Origin: Macrostomum lignano
Taxonomy: Eukaryota
DNA: 64,000 nucleotides
Direction of reading: 5' to 3'
Assembly: GCA_002269645.1 (NCBI GenBank)
Contig: NIVC01001810.1
Coordinates: 62,001-126,000, forward strand
Shown: one piece after another, positions 49,201 through 61,200 of the stretch
How positions within the stretch are numbered: the stretch's first letter is position 1
How the letters are laid out: each line of letters starts with the position of its first letter
Position numbers and translations under genes: made by a program
The notes under the pieces: model-generated
Databases searched by the model: none
What the model saw: only the letters and a program-made list of their open reading frames with translations
What the model was told of the DNA's origin: nothing

Positions 49201-52200
49201 CACTAGATTATAACAAAAATCAAACAGTAACTTTTAAAAAATAATCAGCCAGTAAATTATAACAAGAAATAAACTAGCGGAATTCGTCAACGTCCATCCA
49301 GTAGATTATAACAAAATCCATTCCATAGATTTAAATAATTTCGGCGGATTTTAAAATTAACACTGCCCCGTCAGTTTTAACAAAAAAGCCACGCAAACCG
49401 GAAAAAACACGTATTTTACCGCCGGTTTTAGGAAAAAATGCCTACAGTTATTGAAAAAGGTTAGCAGATGGCTCAAAAACATTAAATTGAAATTAGAAAA
49501 AACTGTCTAGAAATAAATTTCCAAATAAAATTATTGTTTCAAATATCCATACTCACTCTGAACATAGATGGGCAGGCGGGCGTTCTTCAGTATGGGCAGC
49601 TTCTCCTTGGTGTCCTGGTCGCCCACTGGGCCCGGCTCGTCCGGCCGGATGATCACGTCCGGGCACAGGCCGATGTAGCGCGGGTCGCTCAGGTAGGGCG
49701 ACTGGAAGAACTGGCCGGCCACCGACTCCAGCACCTCGCCGACGTCTTCTAGCGAGAAATAGCGCTTGCCCTGGGGTTTGATGGCGTCAGGGTGTGGGAG
49801 TTCAATGCATGGGTGACAGGGTGTGGGGAATTCGATGCTTATAAAGTGTCATTATGTGGGGAATTCGATGCTTATAAAGTGTCAGGGTGTGGGGAATTCG
49901 ATGCTTATAAAGTGTCAGGGTGTGGGGAATTCGATGCTTATAAAGTGTCAGGGTGTGGAGAATTTGATGTTCTAAGGTGTCAGAATGTCTCACCTTGTCC
50001 CTCATCTTCATGAACACCTTCCAGATGTACTCCTTGGCTCTGTTGTCCGGGTAGATGGTGTTGTAGAGGAACACCAGCTTCTCAATGCTGAGAAACTCCT
50101 TCATCATGAAGTTGTTGTCCAGGAAGATCTTGACGAACTTCGGCCTATCCAGCACCAAGGCCTTGTACATGAAGGGCTCCAGGGAATGGGTCTGCGGCGG
50201 AGGGGATGAATGGTAGGTTCGAGTTCAACTGTGCCTGTTCTGAAACTTTTTATTTTGACATGAGAACAGAGAATTTCCGGATTGACTCACCGACCACTCG
50301 AATTCGCCGTCGAACACGATCTTCCTGGCGATGTCGTCCCGGTTCAGCGTCAGGGCGAGCTTCAGCTGGTCCTCCTTCTTGTGATTGGCTGCGCAGTTGC
50401 GGAGGCAAATGGGGGTGGGGTTAGTTTGCAATGTACATTAGCCTGACTACTCTAGGGCCAAAGCAATGTACATTAGCCTGACTACTCTAGGGAAAAAGCA
50501 ATGTACATTTAACTACGAATCCTATGTAATCTCGTAATTATTATTATAGGGCCAAAGCAATGTACATCTAACTCATTTTTCTAGGGCCAAAGCAATGTAT
50601 ATCCAACTAATTATTCTAAGGCCAAAGAAATGCACATCCAACTAATTATTCTAGGGCCAAAGAAATGCACATCCAACTAATTATTCTAGGGCCAAAGCAA
50701 TGTACATCCAACTAATTATTCTAGGGCCAAAGAAATGCACATCCAACTAATTATTCTAGGGCCAAAGAAAAGTACATCCAACTAATTATTCTAGGGCCAA
50801 AGAAAAGTACATTAGCTTAGTTTCTCTACTGCCAAGTGACAGAATCAGGGTGTCCAATTCTCTCGAGTGCACGAGAACTCAAAAAGCTTGCAAATAAGCG
50901 CAGTTCACCTTTCATAATGGCCTGCAGGATGGCCACATCCAAGTTGCACGAGAAATCGTCGCTCTCCAGCTCGTACACGCTGACCAGGTGGTCGTACTTG
51001 AGAATGGTCTCAATCCAGTCCATGAGCTCCGGCACGCGCTTGTCGCCGAACTCGCCGCGGAGTCGGCTGGTCAGCTGGCGCACCTGGTCCTCGGTGAGCT
51101 GCCGCTCCACGCTGCGGATTAAAACAAAATTGCCAATGGATTTGAATTCGAGCGTAGAGGAATGCAAGGGCTGAGATGAGAAAGTATTGTATAGGATTTC
51201 ATTTGGATACTTTTAAAAAATTATTAGATCATGGAGCAACGTGGTTTCACGAGTTTACCGAATCATTTGGGACGTAGCCAAAATCTGGTGCCCCCTTCAC
51301 AGCAGCTGAGGCGCCCCTTGATGCTGGCGGCCTGACAATGGTGCTCCTGGATGGTACTGCCCCTAGGATGGCTGCCCTCCACAATGGCGCCCCCACGATG
51401 GCACCCCCAGAATGGCGCCTCCCCAGAATGGCGCCTCCCCAGAATGGCGCCTCCCCAGAATGGCGCCTCCCCAGAATGGCGCCTCCCCAGAATGGCGCCT
51501 CCCCAGAATGGTGCCTCCCCAGAATGGCGCCTCCCCAGAATGGCGCCTCCCCAGAATGGCGCCTCCCCAGAATGGCGCCCCTCAGAATGGCGCCTCCCCA
51601 GAATGGTGCCTCCCCAGAATGGCGCCCCTCAGAATGGCGCCCCACAGAATGGCGCCTCCCCAGAATGGTGCCTCCCCAGAATGGTGCCCAACCCCAGAAT
51701 GGCTCCTCCCTAGAATGGCACCTCCCCAGAATGGCGCCCCCAGAATGGCGCCCCCTCAGAATGGCGCCCCCCAGAATGGCGCCCCACAGAATGGCACCCC
51801 CAGAATGATGCCCAACCCCAGAATGGTGCCCAACCCCAGAATGGCTCCTCCCTAGAATGGCGCCTCCCTAGAATGGCGCCCCCAGAATGGCGCCCCCAGA
51901 ATGGCGCCCCACGATGGCACCATGATGATTTACTGGCCTCATCGATGGCGGCCACGCAGCACTTTTGCAGTCCCCATTCTCCCAACAATCCATGCAAGCC
52001 TTGCTGAGCATCTCAGAGGTGCCGAAATGACAAGCACTGAGTCCGTGATTTGAGTCTCGTGAGAATTAGCATTGTCAGCTTGCAGGAGAGGGCACCCTTG
52101 CAGATGCACCCGTATACAGGTACATAAGCAGCGGCTCTGACTTTCCCATTGTCAGGCAGTGTGCACTCACCGCACTACCTCGTTGCCATCGGAGTCCTCC

Positions 52201-54460
52201 ACCACCGCCTTGCTCGGCCGGCTGTGCGCGTAGGCGTAGGCCAGGATGTCGGCGGCTCCCTGGCTGCCGTGGACCAGCAGTACTGGGGTGCCCTGCTCCA
52301 CGGCGCACTTCACCGTCTGCACCGTGCCGGGGCCGCCCTGCACCACCAGGCAGACGGTGGGCACCTGGCCGGTGTCTTTGGCCGAGTCAGCCAAAGCGTG
52401 CTCGATTCGAGCTCGGGCGGGGATCTCGGCGCCGAACCGAAGCTGGGTGCCGTTGTCAACCAGCAGGAAGTGGGTGTGGTTCACGTCCAGATTGCAGGTG
52501 TGCGGCAGCAGGCGGTAGCTGTGCCTGTAGGCCACCGGCTGCCCGCCGTGGCTGTCGCACAGCAGCTGATCTCTGCGGAGTTGGTTGAGGATGAGGCGGT
52601 GCTTGTTGGGGATTCTGGGTAGCGGCTGCAATGTCTGACCAGCATGTATGACCATCTCATCATTACCATGACAAGCATGTATGACCATTCAATCATTGCT
52701 GTGACCAGCAGGCATGACCCCCTCATCATTGCCATGACTAGCATGTATGACCATCCAATCATTGCTGTGACCAGCAGGCATGACCCCCTCATCATTGCCA
52801 TGACCAGCATGCATGACCATCTCATCATTGCTATGACCAGCATATATGACCGTCCAATCATTGCTGCGACCAGCAGGCATGACCCCCTCATCATAGCCAT
52901 GACTAGCATGCATGACCATCTCATCATTGCCATGACCAGCATGCATGACCATCTCATCATTGCTATGACCAGCATGTATGACATTCCAATCATTGCTGTG
53001 ACCAGCAGGCATGACCCCCTCATCATAGCCATGACTAGCATGCCTGACCATCTCATCATAGCCATGACCAGCATGCATGACCATCTCATCATTGCCATGA
53101 CCAGCATGTATGACCATCCAATCATTGCTGTGACCAGCAGGCATGACCATCTCATCATTGCCATGACCAGCATGTATGACCATCCAATCATTGCTGTGAC
53201 CAGCAGGCATGACCCCCTCATCATAGCCATGACTAGCATGCATGACCCATCATCATCCTATCATAGCATCATCCTATCATAGCATCATCCTATCATCATC
53301 CTTTCATTTCTCTTGAACCAGCGTGCCCCCATCTCATCTCACCTGTCAGCCACGGTGCCCCAGGGCGCGATGCCCAGGCAGACCACTGGCCGCCCGACCC
53401 CGGATCCGTAGTCCTTGACCGCCTTGCCCGCCAGCTTCATGACGCCCTCGGAGGTGCCGCCGGTGATAATCCAGGCTCCCGTAGTCTTGGCGGCGTCCAT
53501 CAGGCCTTTTTTGAAGGCCTTCTTCAGCCGTTTGTTCAGCTTGAGCTTCTTGGCGCCGCCAGTGACTGAGATAATCATGTTGGGAGGCTGGAGTCCCCAA
53601 ATCTCCATCAGAAGTGACTTCACCGTCTCTGGATCGGTCGCGGCGTCCATACGGACGTACTGGGGGCAACAGTGAGAAATGATATGGTTGCAATGCACTC
53701 GCAATAGCACAGAATTTCATGAAGCCAGCCAAGCTTCCTCCTCGCCTCACCTTAGAAATCTTGCCGCCAGGGAGCAGCATCTCTCCGCAAGCGTTGGTGG
53801 GGCCGCTGTCCGCGGTGCAGGTGTCCTCGCGCCACTTCTCGCCAACTCCGCCTGACCTGACATGGTCGCCGCCAGCCGGGTAGCCACAGGCGCAGACCGC
53901 GTCATCGCTGATGGGGAGCATGTTTTGTTTATAACGATTTCAGTTGGCATCAGAGAATGCTAATAGCGTTACTAAATAAAAAGACCAACCTTGAGTCGTC
54001 ATCCGGTCCGTAGACGAACTTGACGCAGGATCGCTTCTTAAAGTTCCTCCGGATCCATTCTAACTCGGGATCGGCATCTGCCTGTCTGCCCCTGACACCA
54101 GACTCCATAGGAATGTCCTCTACCTGGCCGTGCTCGTTAGAACGAAGGTCCGCGCCGCTGTCCTGCACCTTGTTGCTCCCAGCAGGTGGGCGCCTAGATA
54201 TCTAATACAGCCAAGAATGAAGCGAAAAAATTTATAAAAAGTAAAGTAAAAATATGAGTAAGAGTAAAATTTCCAAATTTTCCAGCTTTTGAGAAATATT
54301 TTCTGACTCATTTATTAATCACAATCACAAAATCCCCAGTATTATTAATTATTGATTACACTAGCTCAACCTCAATGCATCTTTTGAAAAATGCTAAATC
54401 TAAGCAACAACACTAAAAAGCAGAAAAGACACGTACCCCAAATTTAGACTTTCCGGTCAT
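40233..54460 (-). CDS. TRPM2: TRPM2-like cation channel with C-terminal NUDT9-homology domain; exons (minus) 54460-54437(tentative), 54201-53990, 53907-53751, 53659-53343, 52572-52171, 51111-50909, 50388-50291, 50191-49994, 49770-49557, 48445-48223, 47265-46593, 46298-46044, 45747-45204, 44791-44659, 44097-43926, 43843-43765, 43002-42714, 41484-40951 (contains 1-nt frameshift), 40352-40233
   Basis: MHR: [52 protein letters not shown]; TM: [40 protein letters not shown] box WRFMR, LPPP; NUDT9-H: [33 protein letters not shown]. Splice phases match throughout. Confidence 0.92.
40398..40790. repeat. 29-bp minisatellite (CCTGCTGCTGGCCTGCCGCTTATCTACAG)
   Basis: About 13 copies in the last TRPM intron. 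Confidence 0.93.
41620..42713. repeat. 17-19-bp minisatellite (CCCCAGACTCACCCAGC); minus strand is the repeated splice donor GCTGG|GTGAGTCTGGGG
   Basis: About 60 copies starting at the real donor (42713). Confidence 0.96.
43020..43756. repeat. 20-bp minisatellite (GAGTGAGTGCCATTTCAACT)
   Basis: About 37 copies filling a TRPM intron. Confidence 0.97.
44215..44480. repeat. 30-bp repeat (GAGTCACCGATGACCTTCATTGACCTCAAT)
   Basis: About 8 copies. Confidence 0.9.
45770..46018. repeat. ~21-22-bp repeat (GGGATCAGAGTGAATCATTT)
   Basis: About 11 copies filling a TRPM intron. Confidence 0.9.
47425..48072. repeat. GA-rich polypurine low-complexity tract
   Basis: Almost exclusively G/A for ~640 bp. Confidence 0.97.
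49790..49985. repeat. 33-bp repeat (GGGTGTGGGGAATTCGATGCTTATAAAGTGTCA)
   Basis: About 5-6 copies filling a TRPM intron. Confidence 0.9.
50425..50820. repeat. 35-bp repeat (CTAGGGCCAAAGCAATGTACATCCAACTAATTATT)
   Basis: About 10 copies. Confidence 0.9.
51380..51920. repeat. ~16-bp minisatellite (ATGGCGCCTCCCCAGA)
   Basis: About 33 copies. Confidence 0.94.
52640..53250. repeat. 33/36-bp minisatellite (CATGACCATCTCATCATTGCCATGACCAGCATG-type)
   Basis: Tandem copies filling a TRPM intron. Confidence 0.93.
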
Positions 54461-56382
54461 TATATAGTTCTCAAACTGATGCTTTCATCAGTCAGATTGC
54501 TTGTCTTTTGATATAAATTGCAAATATACTACGATCAAAGAAAACGATTTTTTCCAATATTCACAAAACACACTCTCGAAAGAAATTTAAAAGCGGCTGT
54601 AGTCAAGACAGAGCATACACATAAACATTTTACCAAAAAAGGTCAATGATATATTTCGTTTCGAAAAAAACTTTAAATACCAAACTTGTTTAATTTGTTC
54701 AATAAAAATTTATTATCAAATTAATATTATTTGTTATTATAAACAACACAGCTAAGAATCCTTTTCCTGGAAAAGGCCATCGTGCGAGCGAAAACAATAA
54801 CCTTGTGTAAGTAATAGGCCTATATAATACTTTAGGCCTAATGGGCAACGGCTAATATAGCTAGTTGCCTCAAAGGTTCTAAATTTCTTTTCATAATATC
54901 TTTCCTTGTATAATTTTTTGCTTACAGTATTTGCTGAGTCACTGCTAGCCACTGGTATTGTCATTGACATCATTGACATTAGTACCTCTTATTTCAATTT
55001 TAGAAGGATTTAGATTTAGATAGATTATTAGATTTAGGATTGTGGTGTGTGCCAATCTAATGTAAGGCTAGGCTATGCACTATTATGGCAATAGCTGTAA
55101 ATAATGCCAGTAGCATTAAGCTATTTTTATGTGTAAAACAATTTACATTTACTTTGGTCATAGTTTAGTGACACCCATTTTGGTGACAGGTTAGGCCTAC
55201 TTTGGTGCCAAATATATGTAATGTATGGAGCATTCACTTCACTGTCGATGATTATTAATACATTTTAAAGGTGATTTAAGCATATTTCTAGTTTATTGTG
55301 TTAAATTATTTTGCCCTAATCTATTCAAGGGTGGGGGGTTGGAATATAATAAAGTAAACTAGAACTATGCCATGATTTAAAAAACATACAAATTTCTATG
55401 TACACTGAAGAAAATTCTCCAATATGCATCTCAAACCCTATTGCAGCAAATCTAAAAAATGTATGGATGCCCTGTTTGTTGTTTGGTACACAGCTGTGCA
55501 AACTAAATTTTATCAGAGGCGCATAGCCACACATTGCACAGTGCATATATCATTCGCCAACACTACAATGCACGCAGCTCCATTTCATATATATAAGTGT
55601 GCTTACAAAAAATCTATTGGTGTGCAAGCATGCCAATAGATTTCCAAAATTTTCATATGCATGCAGGACACCATCCATGCATGGGTGTCATGCATGCAAG
55701 ATCCACTATGCACACCATCCATGCAGGGTGTCATGCATGCAGGACACCTTTGTTCACTGCAATAGGGATCTCAAAGTATATTACACAAAGATTCTATTTG
55801 CATCCATTGTACAAATCAAATGCCAATTGCAAGTACATATGTTACAGTTAAGTGAACTATGTAAGGGTTTCTCGACAGATATTCAGACAGACATTCAAAA
55901 TGATTATCCATAACTTTTAAGAAAATTGACCTGCTTTAACCATATTTTTAGCAAAGCTTTATGCAATTGTTTGGCATCTAATAATCATTAGTTTATTTTC
56001 TAAAGTTAAAATTCTATCAAGATAAATTGATTCAAATATTGCTTAGCAATACCTTGATTTGACTATAACTAATCAGGCCTACTAAGTAGAGGGTCCAGTG
56101 AGATTTTTTAGAAATCTTGAGTTTCAATAATATCACTTTATAGCTTTATATGTTCTAAGTGTAACAACTCCAAACTTTTTAAAATTAGACATAAGTCATA
56201 AGTTATAAGTTATAAAGAATTTAATGATGTTAAGTAATGTTTTCTCTCTTTAATACATAGAGCTACCCATTTTTGTTCCTCAAAAACAACTTTTTGGGAC
56301 ACTCATATTTTTAGCCATAAGATTCAAAGGATATCTTATCCTACCATTTACCTAGAACATGCTTGGGCGCAACCTTGGGATT

Positions 56383-56506
56383 CACCCGGCCGTTTCTATT
56401 GGCAACACACACATGTAAATCGCTATTGGATGGAATAGTAGTCACATGACTGCTCTCAGCCAATAGCAACTTACATGTGTGTGTTGCCAATAGAAATGGC
56501 CGGGTG
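56383..56506. mobile_element. Long imperfect palindrome, MITE-like
   Basis: CACCCGGCCGTTTCTATTGGCAACACACACATGTAA.. is inverted as ..TTACATGTGTGTGTTGCCAATAGAAATGGCCGGGTG; ~47-bp arms. MITE identity is inference. Confidence 0.6.
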
Positions 56507-57119
56507 ATTACCAAAGTTGTGCATGTGTGACCTAGAATTATATTAATTTTGCTTAGGTTTCTATCATAGGTAGGTCACATTTTTAATCTTTTAAAGTTTT
56601 AAGTTGCATGGCCAGTATAAATCAGGGAGGTTATATATGTATATAGTGTAGTATGATATACCTAAAATTATAATAGTGGTATCCTGTCTTTAAAGCTATA
56701 ACGAGTCTAACCTTTGGCTTTCTATAAGCAAGCCCATTAAATTAGCATCTTATAAGTCTGATTTCTAGACTATCTTAGATTTGAAATTTTAACAAAAAAT
56801 TAACACTGAGCTGAAGATTACATGATAACTTTAAAACACAAATCTTTGACATAGCTCGTAAGCATAGCAAGCAAAGCAAAAAGAGAGAAAGGGTGATGCC
56901 CTTGCCCCTAGCTAGACCAATAAACAACTTTACTTTATTTTTGCCTTCTTGTGCTCAACTTAAACTTTTTCTTTAATATTTTATGTGACACTTCAGACAA
57001 ACTACTGAAAGAAGAGTATTCTAAGGCAAAGAATTTTGTTTACATAAAGTTTTTAAGCCTAATGACTCACAAAGTGCATACTTAATGGTTACTAATTTTA
57101 TAATTTCAATGATGAATAA

Positions 57120-57990
57120 AACTTGTCTATTTGATGGAACTGTCTTCAGGATAGTGGTGGAACCTGATAATATTTGTAATTGTCTATTGGATGGAACTGT
57201 CTTCAGGATAGTGGTGGAACCTGATTATATTTGTACAAATTGTCTATTGGATAGAACTGTCTTCAGGATAGTGGTAAAACCTGATAATATTTGTACAAAT
57301 TGTCTATTGGATAGAACTGTCTTCAGGACAGTGGTAAAACCTGATAATATTTGTACAAATTGTCTATTGGATGGAACTATCTTCAGGATAGTGGTAAAAC
57401 CTGATAATATTTGTACAAATTGTCTATTGGATGGAACTATCTTCAGGATAGTGGTGGAACCTGATAATATTTGTAATTGTCTATTGGATGGAACTACCTT
57501 CAGGATAGTGGTGGAACCTGATAATATTTGTAATTGTCTATTGGATGGAACTATCTTCAGGATAGTGGTAAAACCTGATAATATTTGTACAAATTGTCTA
57601 TTGGATGGAACTATCTTCAGGATAGTGGTGGAACCTGATAATATTTGTAATTGTCTATTGGATGGAACTACCTTCAGGATAGTGGTGGAACCTGATAATA
57701 TTTGTAATTGTCTATTGGATGGAACTATCTTCAGGATAGTGGTGGAACCTGATAATATTTGTAATTGTCTATTGGATGGAACTACCTTCAGGATAGTGGT
57801 GGAACCTGATAATATTTGTAATTGTCTATTGGATGGAACTACCTTCAGGATAGTGGTGGAACCTGATAATATTTGTAATTGTCTATTGGATGGAACTACC
57901 TTCAGGATAGTGGTGGAACCTGATAAAATTTGTAATTGTCTATTGGATGGAACTGTCTTCAGGATAGTGGTGGAACCTGATAATATTTGT
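57120..57990. repeat. 57/60-bp tandem repeat
   Basis: About 15 copies (TTGTCTATTGGATGGAACTATCTTCAGGATAGTGGTGGAACCTGATAATATTTGTAA). Confidence 0.95.
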
Positions 57991-58125
57991 ATATTTTGTT
58001 ATTTTTTACTTTACTATTCATTAGGCCTCATGCCTAATGAATCCATTAGTCATCCAATAGTCTTGTAGCAATATGGGGCTGCTTGGTCATTTCTTTAGCC
58101 ATGACACTGTGGGCATGCGGATTAC

Positions 58126-58225
58126 AGCCATTGTTTGTGATGGGGCTGCAGCCATTGTTTGTGATGGGGCTGCAGCCATTGTTTGTGATGGGGCTGCAGC
58201 CATTGTTTGTGATGGGGCTGCAGCT
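58126..58225. repeat. 24-bp repeat (CAGCCATTGTTTGTGATGGGGCTG) x4
   Basis: Direct. Confidence 0.9.
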
Positions 58226-58267
58226 CACCACAGCCAATCAGAATCAGAAGCAGAAGCATTCCTCTTC

Positions 58268-61200
58268 ATGAAGCAGCCACAGCAGCAGCAGCAGCAGTCA
58301 CCGCCGCTGGTTCCACCATGCCGCAGGTGCGCCAACCCGTTGCCAGACACAGACAACATCGACGCTGCCGACTCGGCTGTCTTCGACTCCGATGAGCCCC
58401 GGCTGCGCCGTCTGGCACCACCGCCCGACCGCCTGCTGCCCGGCGAGCGCCTGCTGCATGTTGGCGCCTCCTCTGATGGCGGCGCCGTGGCGCTCACCAA
58501 CTACCGACTGCTGCTGATCGGCGCCTGCGGCCGCCTCTCCGCCTGCCTGCCCGCCGGCATCCTGGAGCGGCCTGCCGTCATCGCCGACGCCCCCACCGCC
58601 TACCTGCTGAATGGCGGAGCCGCCGAGCCTGCCGACTCCGCCGCTCCGACCGAGGCTCAGCCCGATGACGAACTTGCCGACTCGAGAGGTTGGTTGCGGG
58701 TTCGAATTCCAGACTCTGAGTAGGGATTTGAGATACTCGACATCCCAGATTCTAGTTCGGATTTGAGAAATTCTACATGTCAGATTCACTCAGATTCTAA
58801 GTTGGGATTTGGGACAGTTGATTGACAGCCCTGATTCTGAACAGGGGTTTGGGAAATTTTATTTCCAAGATTGAGTTTTATGATAACATGATGGTACTTT
58901 TAAATTACGAACTCGACATCACACATCCGACATCCCAAATCTGACATACCAAATCCGACATTTCCAATCCGACATCCCAATCCGACATACCAAAATTCGA
59001 CATCCCAATCCGAAATCCCAAATCCGAAATCCCAATCCGACATCACACATCAGACATCCAAATCCGACATCCAAAATCCGACATCCCAATCCGACATCCA
59101 AAATCCGACATCCCAATCCGACATCCAAAATCCGAAATTCGAAATCCGACATTGCTGATCCGATATCCCAATTCGACATCCCAATCCGACATCCCAAAAT
59201 CCGACATCCCGATCCGACATCCCAATCCGAAATCCCAAATCCGAAATCCCAATCCGACATCACACATCAGACATCCCAATCCGACATCCAAAATCCGACA
59301 TCCAAAATCCGACATCCCAATCCGGCATCCAAAATCCGACATCCAAAATCCGAAATTGCTGATCCGACATCCAAAATTAAATCCAACATCTCCGCCCCCC
59401 GCAGCCGACGCCGCAAAGCCCGGCCGTCGCGAGGCCTCCCGCTGAAACGACAATTTATACGGGTTTTTCCCATATTATCGTTTCCTTCTGCCAACAGTTC
59501 AGGAAGACAACGAACAATGGACCTGAATGGTAACTTTCTCTGTGTGATCTCTAGAGTCACATTCTCAAACTTCAGGCGAGGATCTTTCCTCTTCAATCAG
59601 TATATTTTATAAGCTAGCACACTGTACGCGAGCAACGAGGAATAGGAGCAGTAGGGGGAAAGAGTGGGATTTCGAGGCCCAATAGGCAGTGTCGGTCAGA
59701 GGTTGTGCATGCATCACGCGAGGGTCGCATGGCTGGGCTTCTTGCTCGCCGATCATCAGGACTATTTTTAGGCATGCAGATCTTGTGCATCTGGGGAGTT
59801 GCTGCCAAGGCTGGATGCTTGTTCACGCATCACGCGCGTGTCGGCTGATTTCTCCTATCCTCTTGCTAACGGCGCCTTCGTTTCACTTCAGTCGCTCTTT
59901 TTTCAGGGAAGCGAGGCCCTCCGAGCTCTGTTGAAAATAAGCTTGGAGCAATGATGACATGGCGTACAGTTGTGCATTTGCTTGCGATACGCAGTCCCAC
60001 TTGGTAACTTGCAGTTGAGTTGATGTTGTTGAAACACGAAACTTGGTCAAGGGGCAAAGTGAACTTGTGACAACAGTGGATGAATTGTACCAGCATATCC
60101 TCTTGACTATTTAATCAGATCTGAGAGGGGGATTGACGTGAACTCGGAAACTCGACAAATTGAATGGGCTTTTCGATGCCCTAAACAGTGACGCAAATAG
60201 GACTGGACACGGAGACTCGACAAATTGAAACAGCGTCTGGTAGACAGTCAGATCGGGATGCTGGCTGAAGGTACATTGCAGTTAAATAGGACGTCGAAAA
60301 ATACCGTCTTGACCAAATTGATTGTGTAGATCTCTCAACGAAAGTTTCTTCTTGGAAGGGTAAACTGCGTCGCTTCTTGATCTTCGTCCATTGGTCTTGT
60401 TTAGTTCGAAGTTTTCCTTTACTGAAGGCAGGAAAGTCTCAGTTCTCGATTTACTCGGATGGCTGTGGAAGACATGCAGCAGAGCGATAACTGCATGGTG
60501 TCTGAGACTTCTGTCTAGCGGTGACTCACGCGGTCAGTGGAACCAATTGAAACGAAAAATTTATATGGGTTTTTCCCATATTATCGTTTCCTTCTGCCAA
60601 CAGTTCAGGAAGACAACGAACAATGGACTCGATGGTAACTTTCTCTGTGTGATCTCTAGAGTCACATTCTCAAACTTCAGGCGAGGATCTTTCCTCTTCA
60701 ATCAGTATATTTTATAAGCTAGCACACTGTACGCGAGCAACGAGGAATAGGAGCAGTAGGGGGAAAGAGTGGGATTTCGAGGCCCAATAGGCAGTGTCGG
60801 TCAGAGGTTGTGCATGCATCACGCGAGGGTCGCATGGCTGGGCTTCTTGCTCGCCGATCATCAGGACTATTTTTAGGCATGCAGATCTTGTGCATCTGGG
60901 GAGTTGCTGCCAAGGCTGGATGCTTGTTCACGCATCACGCGCGTGTCGGCTGATTTCTCCTATCCTCTTGCTAACGGCGCCTTCGTTTCACTTCACCGCC
61001 TCCTGCTGGCCAGCCGGACCGGCCGCGTCCCGCTCCGCCTCGGCTTCCCCCGGCCTGGCGACGCGGCCATCTGGGCTGAGCGGCTGGACCCGGCCGGCCC
61101 GCTGGCCTGCAGCTCGGACAGGGCCGGCGTTGGCGCCGCGCTCCGCTGTCAGGCCGATGATCGCCGGTTCGACTTGTACGCTGCCGAGCTGAGCAGGGAG

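Noticed and set aside
54752-54979. Possible hAT transposase N-terminal fragment
   Set aside because: The similarity is too vague; no zinc-finger or DDE residues could be confirmed.
57085-58068. 327-aa Cys-containing repeat ORF
   Set aside because: It is a 57/60-bp tandem array in AT-rich DNA with codon usage unlike the real exons and no recognisable domain.
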